NCBI GenBank assembly: GCA_964016885.1
Contig: OZ024743.1
Span: 65,658,001 to 65,722,000 of the forward strand
Origin: Eledone cirrhosa
Lineage: Eukaryota
DNA length: 64,000 bases
Direction of reading: 5' to 3'
Shown here: positions 23,701-38,700 of the stretch, one piece after another
How the letters are laid out: the number at the start of each line of letters is the position of its first letter
Numbering within the stretch: position 1 is the stretch's first letter
Notes under the pieces: generated by a model
The model's database searches: none
Told to the model about the DNA's origin: nothing
Seen by the model: the letters and a program-made list of their open reading frames with translations, nothing else
Program-made: the position numbers and the translations under genes

Positions 23701-26700
23701 TAACAGCAACAATGCCAGTCAATCTCCGAGTCAATTTACGATCATAGTTGACATTGGTAACAGCAACAATGGCAGTCAATCTCCGAGTCAATTTACGATC
23801 ATGGTTGACATTGATAACAGCAACAATGCCAGTCAATCTCCGAGTCAATTTACGATCATGGTTGACATTGGTAACAGCAACAATGCCAGTCAATCTCCGA
23901 GTCAATTTACGATCATGGTTGACATTGGTAACAGCAACAATGCCAGTCAATCTCCAAGTCAATTTACGATCATGGTTGACATTGGTAACAGCAACAATGC
24001 CAGTCAATCTCAGAGTTGACATTGGTAACAGCAACAATCGCAGTCAATCTCCGAGTCAATTTACGATCATGGTTGACATTGGTAACAGCAACAATGCCAG
24101 TCAATCTCCGAGTCAATTTACGATCATGGTTGACATTGGTAACAGCAACAATGCCAGTCAATCTCCGAGTCAATTTACGATCATAGTTGACATTGGTAAC
24201 AGCAACAATGCCAGTCAATCTCCAAGTCAATTTACGATCATAGTTGACATTGGTAACAGCAACAATGCCAGTCAATCTCCGAGTCAATTTACGATCATGG
24301 TTGACATTGGTAACAGCAACAATGCCAGTCAATCTCCGAGTCAATTTACGATCATGGTTGACATTGGTAACAGCAACAATGCCAGTCAATCTCCGAGTCA
24401 ATTTACGATCATAGTTGACATTGGTAACAGCAACAATGCCAGTCAATCTCCAAGTCAATTTACGATCATAGTTGACATTGGTAACAGCAACAATGCCAGT
24501 CAATCTCCGAGTCAATTTACGATCATGGTTGACATTGGTAACAGCAACAATGCCAGTCAATCTCCGAGTCAATTTACGATCATGGTTGACATTGGTAACA
24601 GCAACAATGCCAGTCAATCTCCGAGTCAATTTACGATCATAGTTGACATTGGTAACAGCAACAATGCCAGTCAATCTCCGAGTCAATTTACGATCATAGT
24701 TGACATTGGTAACAGCAACAATGCCAGTCAATCTCCGAGTCAATTTACGATCATAGTTGACATTGGTAACAGCAACAATGCCAGTCAATCTCCGAGTCAA
24801 TTTACGATCATAGTTGACATTGGTAACAGCAACAATGCCAGTCAATCTCCGAGTCAATTTACGATCATGGTTGACATTGGTAACAGCAACAATGCCAGTC
24901 AATCTCCGAGTCAATTTACGATCATGGTTGACATTGGTAACAGCAACAATGCCAGTCAATCTCCGAGTCAATTTACGATCATAGTTGACATTGGTAACAG
25001 CAACAATGCCAGTCAATCTCCGAGTCAATTTACGATCATGGTTGACATTGGTAACAGCAACAATGCCAGTCAATCTCCGAGTCAATTTACGATCATGGTT
25101 GACATTGGTAACAGCAACAATGCCAGTCAATCTCCGAGTCAATTTACGATCATGGTTGACATTGGTAACAGCAACAATGCCAGTCAATCTCCGAGTCAAT
25201 TTACGATCATAGTTGACATTGGTAACAGCAACAATGCCAGTCAATCTCCGAGTCAATTTACGATCATGGTTGACATTGGTAACAGCAACAATGCCAGTCA
25301 ATCTCCGAGTCAATTTACGATCATGGTTGACATTGGTAACAGCAACAATGCCAGTCAATCTCCGAGTCAATTTACGATCATAGTTGACATTGGTAACAGC
25401 AACAATGCCAGTCAATCTCCGAGTCAATTTACGATCATGGTTGACATTGGTAACAGCAACAATGCCAGTCAATCTCCGAGTCAATTTACGATCATGGTTG
25501 ACATTGGTAACAGCAACAATGCCAGTCAATCTCCGAGTCAATTTACGATCATGGTTGACATTGGTAACAGCAACAATGCCAGTCAATCTCCGAGTCAATT
25601 TACGATCATGGTTGACATTGGTAACAGCAACAATGCCAGTCAATCTCCGAGTCAATTTACGATCATGGTTGACATTGGTAACAGCAACAATGCCAGTCAA
25701 TCTCCGAGTCAATTTACGATCATGGTTGACATTGGTAACAGCAACAATGCCAGTCAATCTCCGAGTCAATTTACGATCATAGTTGACATTGGTAACAGCA
25801 ACAATGCCAGTCAATCTCCGAGTCAATTTACGATCATGGTTGACATTGGTAACAGCAACAATGCCAGTCAATCTCCGAGTCAATTTACGATCATGGTTGA
25901 CATTGGTAACAGCAAAAATGCCAGTCAATCTCCGAGTCAATTTACGATCATAGTTGACATTGGTAACAGCAACAATGCCAGTCAATCTCCGAGTCAATTT
26001 ACGATCATAGTTGACATTGGTAACAGCAACAATGGCAGTCAATCTCCGAGTCAATTTACGATCATGGTTGACATTGATAACAGCAACAATGCCAGTCAAT
26101 CTCCGAGTCAATTTACGATCATGGTTGACATTGGTAACAGCAACAATGCCAGTCAATCTCCGAGTCAATTTACGATCATGGTTGACATTGGTAACAGCAA
26201 CAATGCCAGTCAATCTCCAAGTCAATTTACGATCATGGTTGACATTGGTAACAGCAACAATGCCAGTCAATCTCAGAGTTGACATTGGTAACAGCAACAA
26301 TCGCAGTCAATCTCCGAGTCAATTTACGATCATGGTTGACATTGGTAACAGCAACAATGCCAGTCAATCTCCGAGTCAATTTACGATCATGGTTGACATT
26401 GGTAACAGCAACAATGCCAGTCAATCTCCGAGTCAATTTACGATCATGGTTGACATTGGTAACAGCAACAATGCCAGTCAATCTCCGAGTCAATTTACGA
26501 TCATGGTTGACATTGGTAACAGCAACAATGCCAGTCAATCTCCGAGTCAATTTACGATCATAGTTGACATTGGTAACAGCAACAATGCCAGTCAATCTCC
26601 GAGTCAATTTACGATCATAGTTGACATTGGTAACAGCAACAATGGCAGTCAATCTCCGAGTCAATTTACGATCATGGTTGACATTGGTAACAGCAACAAT

Positions 26701-29700
26701 GCCAGTCAATCTCCGAGTCAATTTACGATCATAGTTGACATTGGTAACAGCAACAATGCCAGTCAATCTCCGAGTCAATTTACGATCATAGTTGACATTG
26801 GTAACAGCAACAATGCCAGTCAATCTCCGAGTCAATTTACGATCATGGTTGGCATTGGTAACAGCAACAATGCCAGTCAATCTCCAAGTCAATTTACGAT
26901 CATGGTTGACATTGGTAACAGCAACAATGCCAGTCAATCTCAGAGTTGACATTGGTAACAGCAACAATCGCAGTCAATCTCCGAGTCAATTTACGATCAT
27001 GGTTGACATTGGTAACAGCAACAATGCCAGTCAATCTCAGAGTTGACATTGGTAACAGCAACAATCGCAGTCAATCTCCGAGTCAATTTACGATCATGGT
27101 TGACATTGGTAACAGCAACAATGCCAGTCAATCTCCGAGTCAATTTACGATCATGGTTGACATTGGTAACAGCAACAATGCCAGTCAATCTCCGAGTCAA
27201 TTTACGATCATAGTTGACATTGGTAACAGCAACAATGCCAGTCAATCTCCGAGTCAATTTACGATCATAGTTGACATTGGTAACAGCAACAATGCCAGTC
27301 AATCTCCGAGTCAATTTACGATCATAGTTGACATTGGTAACAGCAACAATGCCAGTAAATCTCCGAGTCAATTTACGATCATAGTTGACATTGGTAACAG
27401 CAACAATGCCAGTCAATCTCCGAGTCAATTTACGATCATAGTTGACATTGGTAACAGCAACAATGCCAGTCAATCTCCGAGTCAATTTACGATCATAGTT
27501 GACATTGGTAACAGCAACAATGCCAGTCAATCTCTGAGTCAATTTACGATCATGGTTGACATTGGTAACAGCAACAATGCCAGTCAATCTCAGAGTCAAT
27601 TTACGATCATGGTTGACATTGGTAACAGCAACAATGCCAGTCAATCTCCGAGTCAATTTACGATCATAGTTGACATTGGTAACAGCAACAATGCCAGTCA
27701 ATCTCCGAGTCAATTTACGATCATGGTTGACATTGGTAACAGCAACAATGCCAGTCAATCTCCGAGTCAATTTACGATCATGGTTGACATTGGTAACAGC
27801 AACAATGCCAGTCAATCTCCGAGTCAATTTACGATCATGGTTGACATTGGTAACAGCAACAATGCCAGTCAATCTCCGAGTCAATTTACGATCATGGTTG
27901 ACATTGGTAACAGCAACAATGCCAGTCAATCTCCGAGTCAATTTACGATCATAGTTGACATTGGTAACAGCAACAATGCCAGTCAATCTCCGAGTCAATT
28001 TACGATCATGGTTGACATTGGTAACAGCAACAATGCCAGTCAATCTCCGAGTCAATTTACGATCATGGTTGACATTGGTAACAGCAACAATGCCAGTCAA
28101 TCTCCGAGTCAATTTACGATCATAGTTGACATTGGTAACAGCAACAATGCCAGTCAATCTCCGAGTCAATTTACGATCATAGTTGACATTGGTAACAGCA
28201 ACAATGCCAGTCAATCTCCGGGTCAATTTACGATCATAGTTGACATTGGTAACAGCAACAATGCCAGTCAATCTCCGAGTCAATTTACGATCATAGTTGA
28301 CATTGGTAACAGCAACAATGCCAGTCAATCTCCGAGTCAATTTACGATCATAGTTGACATTGGTAACAGCAACAATGCCAGTCAATCTCCGAGTCAATTT
28401 ACGATCATAGTTGACATTGGTAACAGCAACAATGCCAGTCAATCTCTGAGTCAATTTACGATCATGGTTGACATTGGTAACAGCAACAATGCCAGTCAAT
28501 CTCCGAGTCAATTTACGATCATGGTTGACATTGGTAACAGCAACAATGCCAGTCAATCTCCGAGTCAATTTACGATCATAGTTGACATTGGTAACAGCAA
28601 CAATGCCAGTCAATCTCCGAGTCAATTTACGATCATGGTTGACATTGGTAACAGCAACAATGCCAGTCAATCTCCGAGTCAACTTACGATCATGGTTGAC
28701 ATTGGTAACAGCAACAATGCCAGTCAATCTCCGAGTCAATTTACGATCATGGTTGACATTGGTAACAGCAACAATGCCAGTCAATCTCCGAGTCAATTTA
28801 CGATCATAGTTGACATTGGTAACAGCAACAATGCCAGTCAATCTCCGAGTCAATTTACGATCATGGTTGACATTGGTAACAGCAACAATGCCAGTCAATC
28901 TCCGAGTCAATTTACGATCATGGTTGACATTGGTAACAGCAACAATGCCAGTCAATCTCCGAGTCAATTTACGATCATAGTTGATATTGGTAACAGCAAC
29001 AATGCCAGTCAATCTCCGAGTCAATTTACGATCATGGTTGACATTGGTAACAGCAACAATGCCAGTCAATCTCCGAGTCAATTTACGATCATGGTTGACA
29101 TTGGTAACAGCAACAATGCCAGTCAATCTCCGAGTCAATTTACGATCATGGTTGACATTGGTAACAGCAACAATGCCAGTCAATCTCCGAGTCAATTTAC
29201 GATCATGGTTGACATTGGTAACAGCAACAATGCCAGTCAATCTCCGAGTCAATTTACGATCATGGTTGACATTGGTAACAGCAACAATGCCAGTCAATCT
29301 CCGAGTCAATTTACGATCATGGTTGACATTGGTAACAGCAACAATGCCAGTCAATCTCCGAGTCAATTTACGATCATAGTTGACATTGGTAACAGCAACA
29401 ATGCCAGTCAATCTCCGAGTCAATTTACGATCATGGTTGACATTGGTAACAGCAACAATGCCAGTCAATCTCCGAGTCAATTTACGATCATGGTTGACAT
29501 TGGTAACAGCAAAAATGCCAGTCAATCTCCGAGTCAATTTACGATCATAGTTGACATTGGTAACAGCAACAATGCCAGTCAATCTCCGAGTCAATTTACG
29601 ATCATAGTTGACATTGGTAACAGCAACAATGGCAGTCAATCTCCGAGTCAATTTACGATCATGGTTGACATTGATAACAGCAACAATGCCAGTCAATCTC

Positions 29701-32700
29701 CGAGTCAATTTACGATCATGGTTGACATTGGTAACAGCAACAATGCCAGTCAATCTCCGAGTCAATTTACGATCATGGTTGACATTGGTAACAGCAACAA
29801 TGCCAGTCAATCTCCAAGTCAATTTACGATCATGGTTGACATTGGTAACAGCAACAATGCCAGTCAATCTCAGAGTTGACATTGGTAACAGCAACAATCG
29901 CAGTCAATCTCCGAGTCAATTTACGATCATGGTTGACATTGGTAACAGCAACAATGCCAGTCAATCTCCGAGTCAATTTACGATCATGGTTGACATTGGT
30001 AACAGCAACAATGCCAGTCAATCTCCGAGTCAATTTACGATCATGGTTGACATTGGTAACAGCAACAATGCCAGTCAATCTCCGAGTCAATTTACGATCA
30101 TGGTTGACATTGGTAACAGCAACAATGCCAGTCAATCTCCGAGTCAATTTACGATCATAGTTGACATTGGTAACAGCAACAATGCCAGTCAATCTCCGAG
30201 TCAATTTACGATCATAGTTGACATTGGTAACAGCAACAATGGCAGTCAATCTCCGAGTCAATTTACGATCATGGTTGACATTGATAACAGCAACAATGCC
30301 AGTCAATCTCCGAGTCAATTTACGATCATGGTTGACATTGGTAACAGCAACAATGCCAGTCAATCTCCGAGTCAATTTACGATCATGGTTGGCATTGGTA
30401 ACAGCAACAATGCCAGTCAATCTCCAAGTCAATTTACGATCATGGTTGACATTGGTAACAGCAACAATGCCAGTCAATCTCCGAGTCAATTTACGATCAT
30501 AGTTGACATTGGTAACAGCAACAATGCCAGTCAATCTCCGAGTCAATTTACGATCATGGTTGACATTGGTAACAGCAACAATGCCAGTCAATCTCCGAGT
30601 CAATTTACGATCATGGTTGACATTGGTAACAGCAACAATGCCAGTCAATCTCCGAGTCAATTTACGATCATAGTTGATATTGGTAACAGCAACAATGCCA
30701 GTCAATCTCCGAGTCAATTTACGATCATGGTTGACATTGGTAACAGCAACAATGCCAGTCAATCTCCGAGTCAATTTACGATCATGGTTGACATTGGTAA
30801 CAGCAACAATGCCAGTCAATCTCCGAGTCAATTTACGATCATGGTTGACATTGGTAACAGCAACAATGCCAGTCAATCTCCGAGTCAATTTACGATCATG
30901 GTTGACATTGGTAACAGCAACAATGCCAGTCAATCTCCGAGTCAATTTACGATCATGGTTGACATTGGTAACAGCAACAATGCCAGTCAATCTCCGAGTC
31001 AATTTACGATCATGGTTGACATTGGTAACAGCAACAATGCCAGTCAATCTCCGAGTCAATTTACGATCATAGTTGACATTGGTAACAGCAACAATGCCAG
31101 TCAATCTCCGAGTCAATTTACGATCATGGTTGACATTGGTAACAGCAACAATGCCAGTCAATCTCCGAGTCAATTTACGATCATGGTTGACATTGGTAAC
31201 AGCAAAAATGCCAGTCAATCTCCGAGTCAATTTACGATCATAGTTGACATTGGTAACAGCAACAATGCCAGTCAATCTCCGAGTCAATTTACGATCATAG
31301 TTGACATTGGTAACAGCAACAATGGCAGTCAATCTCCGAGTCAATTTACGATCATGGTTGACATTGATAACAGCAACAATGCCAGTCAATCTCCGAGTCA
31401 ATTTACGATCATGGTTGACATTGGTAACAGCAACAATGCCAGTCAATCTCCGAGTCAATTTACGATCATGGTTGACATTGGTAACAGCAACAATGCCAGT
31501 CAATCTCCAAGTCAATTTACGATCATGGTTGACATTGGTAACAGCAACAATGCCAGTCAATCTCAGAGTTGACATTGGTAACAGCAACAATCGCAGTCAA
31601 TCTCCGAGTCAATTTACGATCATGGTTGACATTGGTAACAGCAACAATGCCAGTCAATCTCCGAGTCAATTTACGATCATGGTTGACATTGGTAACAGCA
31701 ACAATGCCAGTCAATCTCCGAGTCAATTTACGATCATGGTTGACATTGGTAACAGCAACAATGCCAGTCAATCTCCGAGTCAATTTACGATCATGGTTGA
31801 CATTGGTAACAGCAACAATGCCAGTCAATCTCCGAGTCAATTTACGATCATAGTTGACATTGGTAACAGCAACAATGCCAGTCAATCTCCGAGTCAATTT
31901 ACGATCATAGTTGACATTGGTAACAGCAACAATGGCAGTCAATCTCCGAGTCAATTTACGATCATGGTTGACATTGGTAACAGCAACAATGCCAGTCAAT
32001 CTCCGAGTCAATTTACGATCATAGTTGACATTGGTAACAGCAACAATGCCAGTCAATCTCCGAGTCAATTTACGATCATAGTTGACATTGGTAACAGCAA
32101 CAATGCCAGTCAATCTCCGAGTCAATTTACGATCATGGTTGGCATTGGTAACAGCAACAATGCCAGTCAATCTCCAAGTCAATTTACGATCATGGTTGAC
32201 ATTGGTAACAGCAACAATGCCAGTCAATCTCAGAGTTGACATTGGTAACAGCAACAATCGCAGTCAATCTCCGAGTCAATTTACGATCATGGTTGACATT
32301 GGTAACAGCAACAATGCCAGTCAATCTCAGAGTTGACATTGGTAACAGCAACAATCGCAGTCAATCTCCGAGTCAATTTACGATCATGGTTGACATTGGT
32401 AACAGCAACAATGCCAGTCAATCTCCGAGTCAATTTACGATCATGGTTGACATTGGTAACAGCAACAATGCCAGTCAATCTCCGAGTCAATTTACGATCA
32501 TAGTTGACATTGGTAACAGCAACAATGCCAGTCAATCTCCGAGTCAATTTACGATCATAGTTGACATTGGTAACAGCAACAATGCCAGTCAATCTCCGAG
32601 TCAATTTACGATCATAGTTGACATTGGTAACAGCAACAATGCCAGTAAATCTCCGAGTCAATTTACGATCATAGTTGACATTGGTAACAGCAACAATGCC

Positions 32701-35700
32701 AGTCAATCTCCGAGTCAATTTACGATCATAGTTGACATTGGTAACAGCAACAATGCCAGTCAATCTCCGAGTCAATTTACGATCATAGTTGACATTGGTA
32801 ACAGCAACAATGCCAGTCAATCTCTGAGTCAATTTACGATCATGGTTGACATTGGTAACAGCAACAATGCCAGTCAATCTCAGAGTCAATTTACGATCAT
32901 GGTTGACATTGGTAACAGCAACAATGCCAGTCAATCTCCGAGTCAATTTACGATCATAGTTGACATTGGTAACAGCAACAATGCCAGTCAATCTCCGAGT
33001 CAATTTACGATCATGGTTGACATTGGTAACAGCAACAATGCCAGTCAATCTCCGAGTCAATTTACGATCATGGTTGACATTGGTAACAGCAACAATGCCA
33101 GTCAATCTCCGAGTCAATTTACGATCATGGTTGACATTGGTAACAGCAACAATGCCAGTCAATCTCCGAGTCAATTTACGATCATGGTTGACATTGGTAA
33201 CAGCAACAATGCCAGTCAATCTCCGAGTCAATTTACGATCATAGTTGACATTGGTAACAGCAACAATGCCAGTCAATCTCCGAGTCAATTTACGATCATG
33301 GTTGACATTGGTAACAGCAACAATGCCAGTCAATCTCCGAGTCAATTTACGATCATGGTTGACATTGGTAACAGCAACAATGCCAGTCAATCTCCGAGTC
33401 AATTTACGATCATAGTTGACATTGGTAACAGCAACAATGCCAGTCAATCTCCGAGTCAATTTACGATCATAGTTGACATTGGTAACAGCAACAATGCCAG
33501 TCAATCTCCGGGTCAATTTACGATCATAGTTGACATTGGTAACAGCAACAATGCCAGTCAATCTCCGAGTCAATTTACGATCATAGTTGACATTGGTAAC
33601 AGCAACAATGCCAGTCAATCTCCGAGTCAATTTACGATCATAGTTGACATTGGTAACAGCAACAATGCCAGTCAATCTCCGAGTCAATTTACGATCATAG
33701 TTGACATTGGTAACAGCAACAATGCCAGTCAATCTCTGAGTCAATTTACGATCATGGTTGACATTGGTAACAGCAACAATGCCAGTCAATCTCCGAGTCA
33801 ATTTACGATCATGGTTGACATTGGTAACAGCAACAATGCCAGTCAATCTCCGAGTCAATTTACGATCATAGTTGACATTGGTAACAGCAACAATGCCAGT
33901 CAATCTCCGAGTCAATTTACGATCATGGTTGACATTGGTAACAGCAACAATGCCAGTCAATCTCCGAGTCAACTTACGATCATGGTTGACATTGGTAACA
34001 GCAACAATGCCAGTCAATCTCCGAGTCAATTTACGATCATGGTTGACATTGGTAACAGCAACAATGCCAGTCAATCTCCGAGTCAATTTACGATCATAGT
34101 TGACATTGGTAACAGCAACAATGCCAGTCAATCTCCGAGTCAATTTACGATCATGGTTGACATTGGTAACAGCAACAATGCCAGTCAATCTCCGAGTCAA
34201 TTTACGATCATGGTTGACATTGGTAACAGCAACAATGCCAGTCAATCTCCGAGTCAATTTACGATCATAGTTGATATTGGTAACAGCAACAATGCCAGTC
34301 AATCTCCGAGTCAATTTACGATCATGGTTGACATTGGTAACAGCAACAATGCCAGTCAATCTCCGAGTCAATTTACGATCATGGTTGACATTGGTAACAG
34401 CAACAATGCCAGTCAATCTCCGAGTCAATTTACGATCATGGTTGACATTGGTAACAGCAACAATGCCAGTCAATCTCCGAGTCAATTTACGATCATGGTT
34501 GACATTGGTAACAGCAACAATGCCAGTCAATCTCCGAGTCAATTTACGATCATGGTTGACATTGGTAACAGCAACAATGCCAGTCAATCTCCGAGTCAAT
34601 TTACGATCATGGTTGACATTGGTAACAGCAACAATGCCAGTCAATCTCCGAGTCAATTTACGATCATAGTTGACATTGGTAACAGCAACAATGCCAGTCA
34701 ATCTCCGAGTCAATTTACGATCATGGTTGACATTGGTAACAGCAACAATGCCAGTCAATCTCCGAGTCAATTTACGATCATGGTTGACATTGGTAACAGC
34801 AAAAATGCCAGTCAATCTCCGAGTCAATTTACGATCATAGTTGACATTGGTAACAGCAACAATGCCAGTCAATCTCCGAGTCAATTTACGATCATAGTTG
34901 ACATTGGTAACAGCAACAATGGCAGTCAATCTCCGAGTCAATTTACGATCATGGTTGACATTGATAACAGCAACAATGCCAGTCAATCTCCGAGTCAATT
35001 TACGATCATGGTTGACATTGGTAACAGCAACAATGCCAGTCAATCTCCGAGTCAATTTACGATCATGGTTGACATTGGTAACAGCAACAATGCCAGTCAA
35101 TCTCCAAGTCAATTTACGATCATGGTTGACATTGGTAACAGCAACAATGCCAGTCAATCTCAGAGTTGACATTGGTAACAGCAACAATCGCAGTCAATCT
35201 CCGAGTCAATTTACGATCATGGTTGACATTGGTAACAGCAACAATGCCAGTCAATCTCCGAGTCAATTTACGATCATGGTTGACATTGGTAACAGCAACA
35301 ATGCCAGTCAATCTCCGAGTCAATTTACGATCATGGTTGACATTGGTAACAGCAACAATGCCAGTCAATCTCCGAGTCAATTTACGATCATGGTTGACAT
35401 TGGTAACAGCAACAATGCCAGTCAATCTCCGAGTCAATTTACGATCATAGTTGACATTGGTAACAGCAACAATGCCAGTCAATCTCCGAGTCAATTTACG
35501 ATCATAGTTGACATTGGTAACAGCAACAATGGCAGTCAATCTCCGAGTCAATTTACGATCATGGTTGACATTGATAACAGCAACAATGCCAGTCAATCTC
35601 CGAGTCAATTTACGATCATGGTTGACATTGGTAACAGCAACAATGCCAGTCAATCTCCGAGTCAATTTACGATCATGGTTGGCATTGGTAACAGCAACAA

Positions 35701-38700
35701 TGCCAGTCAATCTCCAAGTCAATTTACGATCATGGTTGACATTGGTAACAGCAACAATGCCAGTCAATCTCAGAGTTGACATTGGTAACAGCAACAATCG
35801 CAGTCAATCTCCGAGTCAATTTACGATCATGGTTGACATTGGTAACAGCAACAATGCCAGTCAATCTCCGAGTCAATTTACGATCATGGTTGACATTGGT
35901 AACAGCAACAATGCCAGTCAATCTCCGAGTCAATTTACGATCATAGTTGACATTGGTAACAGCAACAATGCCAGTCAATCTCCGAGTCAATTTACGATCA
36001 TAGTTGACATTGGTAACAGCAACAATGCCAGTCAATCTCCGAGTCAATTTACGATCATAGTTGACATTGGTAACAGCAACAATGCCAGTAAATCTCCGAG
36101 TCAATTTACGATCATAGTTGACATTGGTAACAGCAACAATGCCAGTCAATCTCCGAGTCAATTTACGATCATAGTTGACATTGGTAACAGCAACAATGCC
36201 AGTCAATCTCCGAGTCAATTTACGATCATAGTTGACATTGGTAACAGCAACAATGCCAGTCAATCTCTGAGTCAATTTACGATCATGGTTGACATTGGTA
36301 ACAGCAACAATGCCAGTCAATCTCAGAGTCAATTTACGATCATGGTTGACATTGGTAACAGCAACAATGCCAGTCAATCTCCGAGTCAATTTACGATCAT
36401 AGTTGACATTGGTAACAGCAACAATGCCAGTCAATCTCCGAGTCAATTTACGATCATGGTTGACATTGGTAACAGCAACAATGCCAGTCAATCTCCGAGT
36501 CAATTTACGATCATGGTTGACATTGGTAACAGCAACAATGCCAGTCAATCTCCGAGTCAATTTACGATCATGGTTGACATTGGTAACAGCAACAATGCCA
36601 GTCAATCTCCGAGTCAATTTACGATCATGGTTGACATTGGTAACAGCAACAATGCCAGTCAATCTCCGAGTCAATTTACGATCATAGTTGACATTGGTAA
36701 CAGCAACAATGCCAGTCAATCTCCGAGTCAATTTACGATCATGGTTGACATTGGTAACAGCAACAATGCCAGTCAATCTCCGAGTCAATTTACGATCATG
36801 GTTGACATTGGTAACAGCAACAATGCCAGTCAATCTCCGAGTCAATTTACGATCATAGTTGACATTGGTAACAGCAACAATGCCAGTCAATCTCCGAGTC
36901 AATTTACGATCATGGTTGACATTGGTAACAGCAACAATGCCAGTCAATCTCCGAGTCAATTTAAGATCATAGTTGACATTGGTAACAGCAACAATGCCAG
37001 TCAATCTCCGAGTCAATTTACGATCATGGTTGACATTGGTAACAGCAACAATGCCAGTCAATCTCCGAGTCAATTTACGATCATGGTTGACATTGGTAAC
37101 AGCAACAATGCCAGTCAATCTCCGAGTCAATTTACGATCATGGTTGACATTGGTAACAGCAACAATGCCAGTCAATCTCCGAGTCAATTTACGATCATAG
37201 TTGACATTGGTAACAGCAACAATGCCAGTCAATCTCCGAGTCAATTTACGATCATGGTTGACATTGGTAACAGCAACAATGCCAGTCAATCTCCGAGTCA
37301 ATTTACGATCATGGTTGACATTGGTAACAGCAACAATGCCAGTCAATCTCCGAGTCAATTTACGATCATAGTTGACATTGGTAACAGCAACAATGCCAGT
37401 CAATCTCCGAGTCAATTTACGATCATAGTTGACATTGGTAACAGCAACAATGGCAGTCAATCTCCGAGTCAATTTACGATCATGGTTGACATTGATAACA
37501 GCAACAATGCCAGTCAATCTCCGAGTCAATTTACGATCATGGTTGACATTGGTAACAGCAACAATGCCAGTCAATCTCCGAGTCAATTTACGATCATGGT
37601 TGACATTGGTAACAGCAACAATGCCAGTCAATCTCCAAGTCAATTTACGATCATGGTTGACATTGGTAACAGCAACAATGCCAGTCAATCTCAGAGTTGA
37701 CATTGGTAACAGCAACAATCCCAGTCAATCTCAGAGTTGACATTGGTAACAACAACAATGCCAGTCAATCTCTGAGTTGACATTGGTAACAGCAACAATG
37801 CCAGTCAATCTCTGAGTTGACATTGGTAACAACACCAACCCTAGTCAATCTCAGAATTGACATTGGTAACAGCAACAATGCCAGTCAATCTCAGAGTTGA
37901 CATTGGTAACAACACCAACCCTAGTCAATCTCAGAATTGACATTGGTAACAGCAACAATGCCAGTCAATCTCAGAGTTGACATTGGTAACAACAACAATG
38001 CCAGTCAATCTCCGAGTCAATTTACGATCATAGTTGACATTGGTAACAGCAACAATGGCAGTCAATCTCCGAGTCAATTTACGATCATGGTTGACATTGA
38101 TAACAGCAACAATGCCAGTCAATCTCCGAGTCAATTTACGATCATGGTTGACATTGGTAACAGCAACAATGCCAGTCAATCTCCGAGTCAATTTACGATC
38201 ATGGTTGACATTGGTAACAGCAACAATGCCAGTCAATCTCCAAGTCAATTTACGATCATGGTTGACATTGGTAACAGCAACAATGCCAGTCAATCTCAGA
38301 GTTGACATTGGTAACAGCAACAATCGCAGTCAATCTCCGAGTCAATTTACGATCATGGTTGACATTGGTAACAGCAACGATGCCAGTCAATCTCCGAGTC
38401 AATTTACGATCATGGTTGACATTGGTAACAGCAACAATGCCAGTCAATCTCCGAGTCAATTTACGATCATGGTTGACATTGGTAACAGCAACAATGCCAG
38501 TCAATCTCCGAGTCAATTTACGATCATGGTTGACATTGGTAACAGCAACAATGCCAGTCAATCTCCGAGTCAATTTACGATCATAGTTGACATTGGTAAC
38601 AGCAACAATGCCAGTCAATCTCCGAGTCAATTTACGATCATAGTTGACATTGGTAACAGCAACAATGGCAGTCAATCTCCGAGTCAATTTACGATCATGG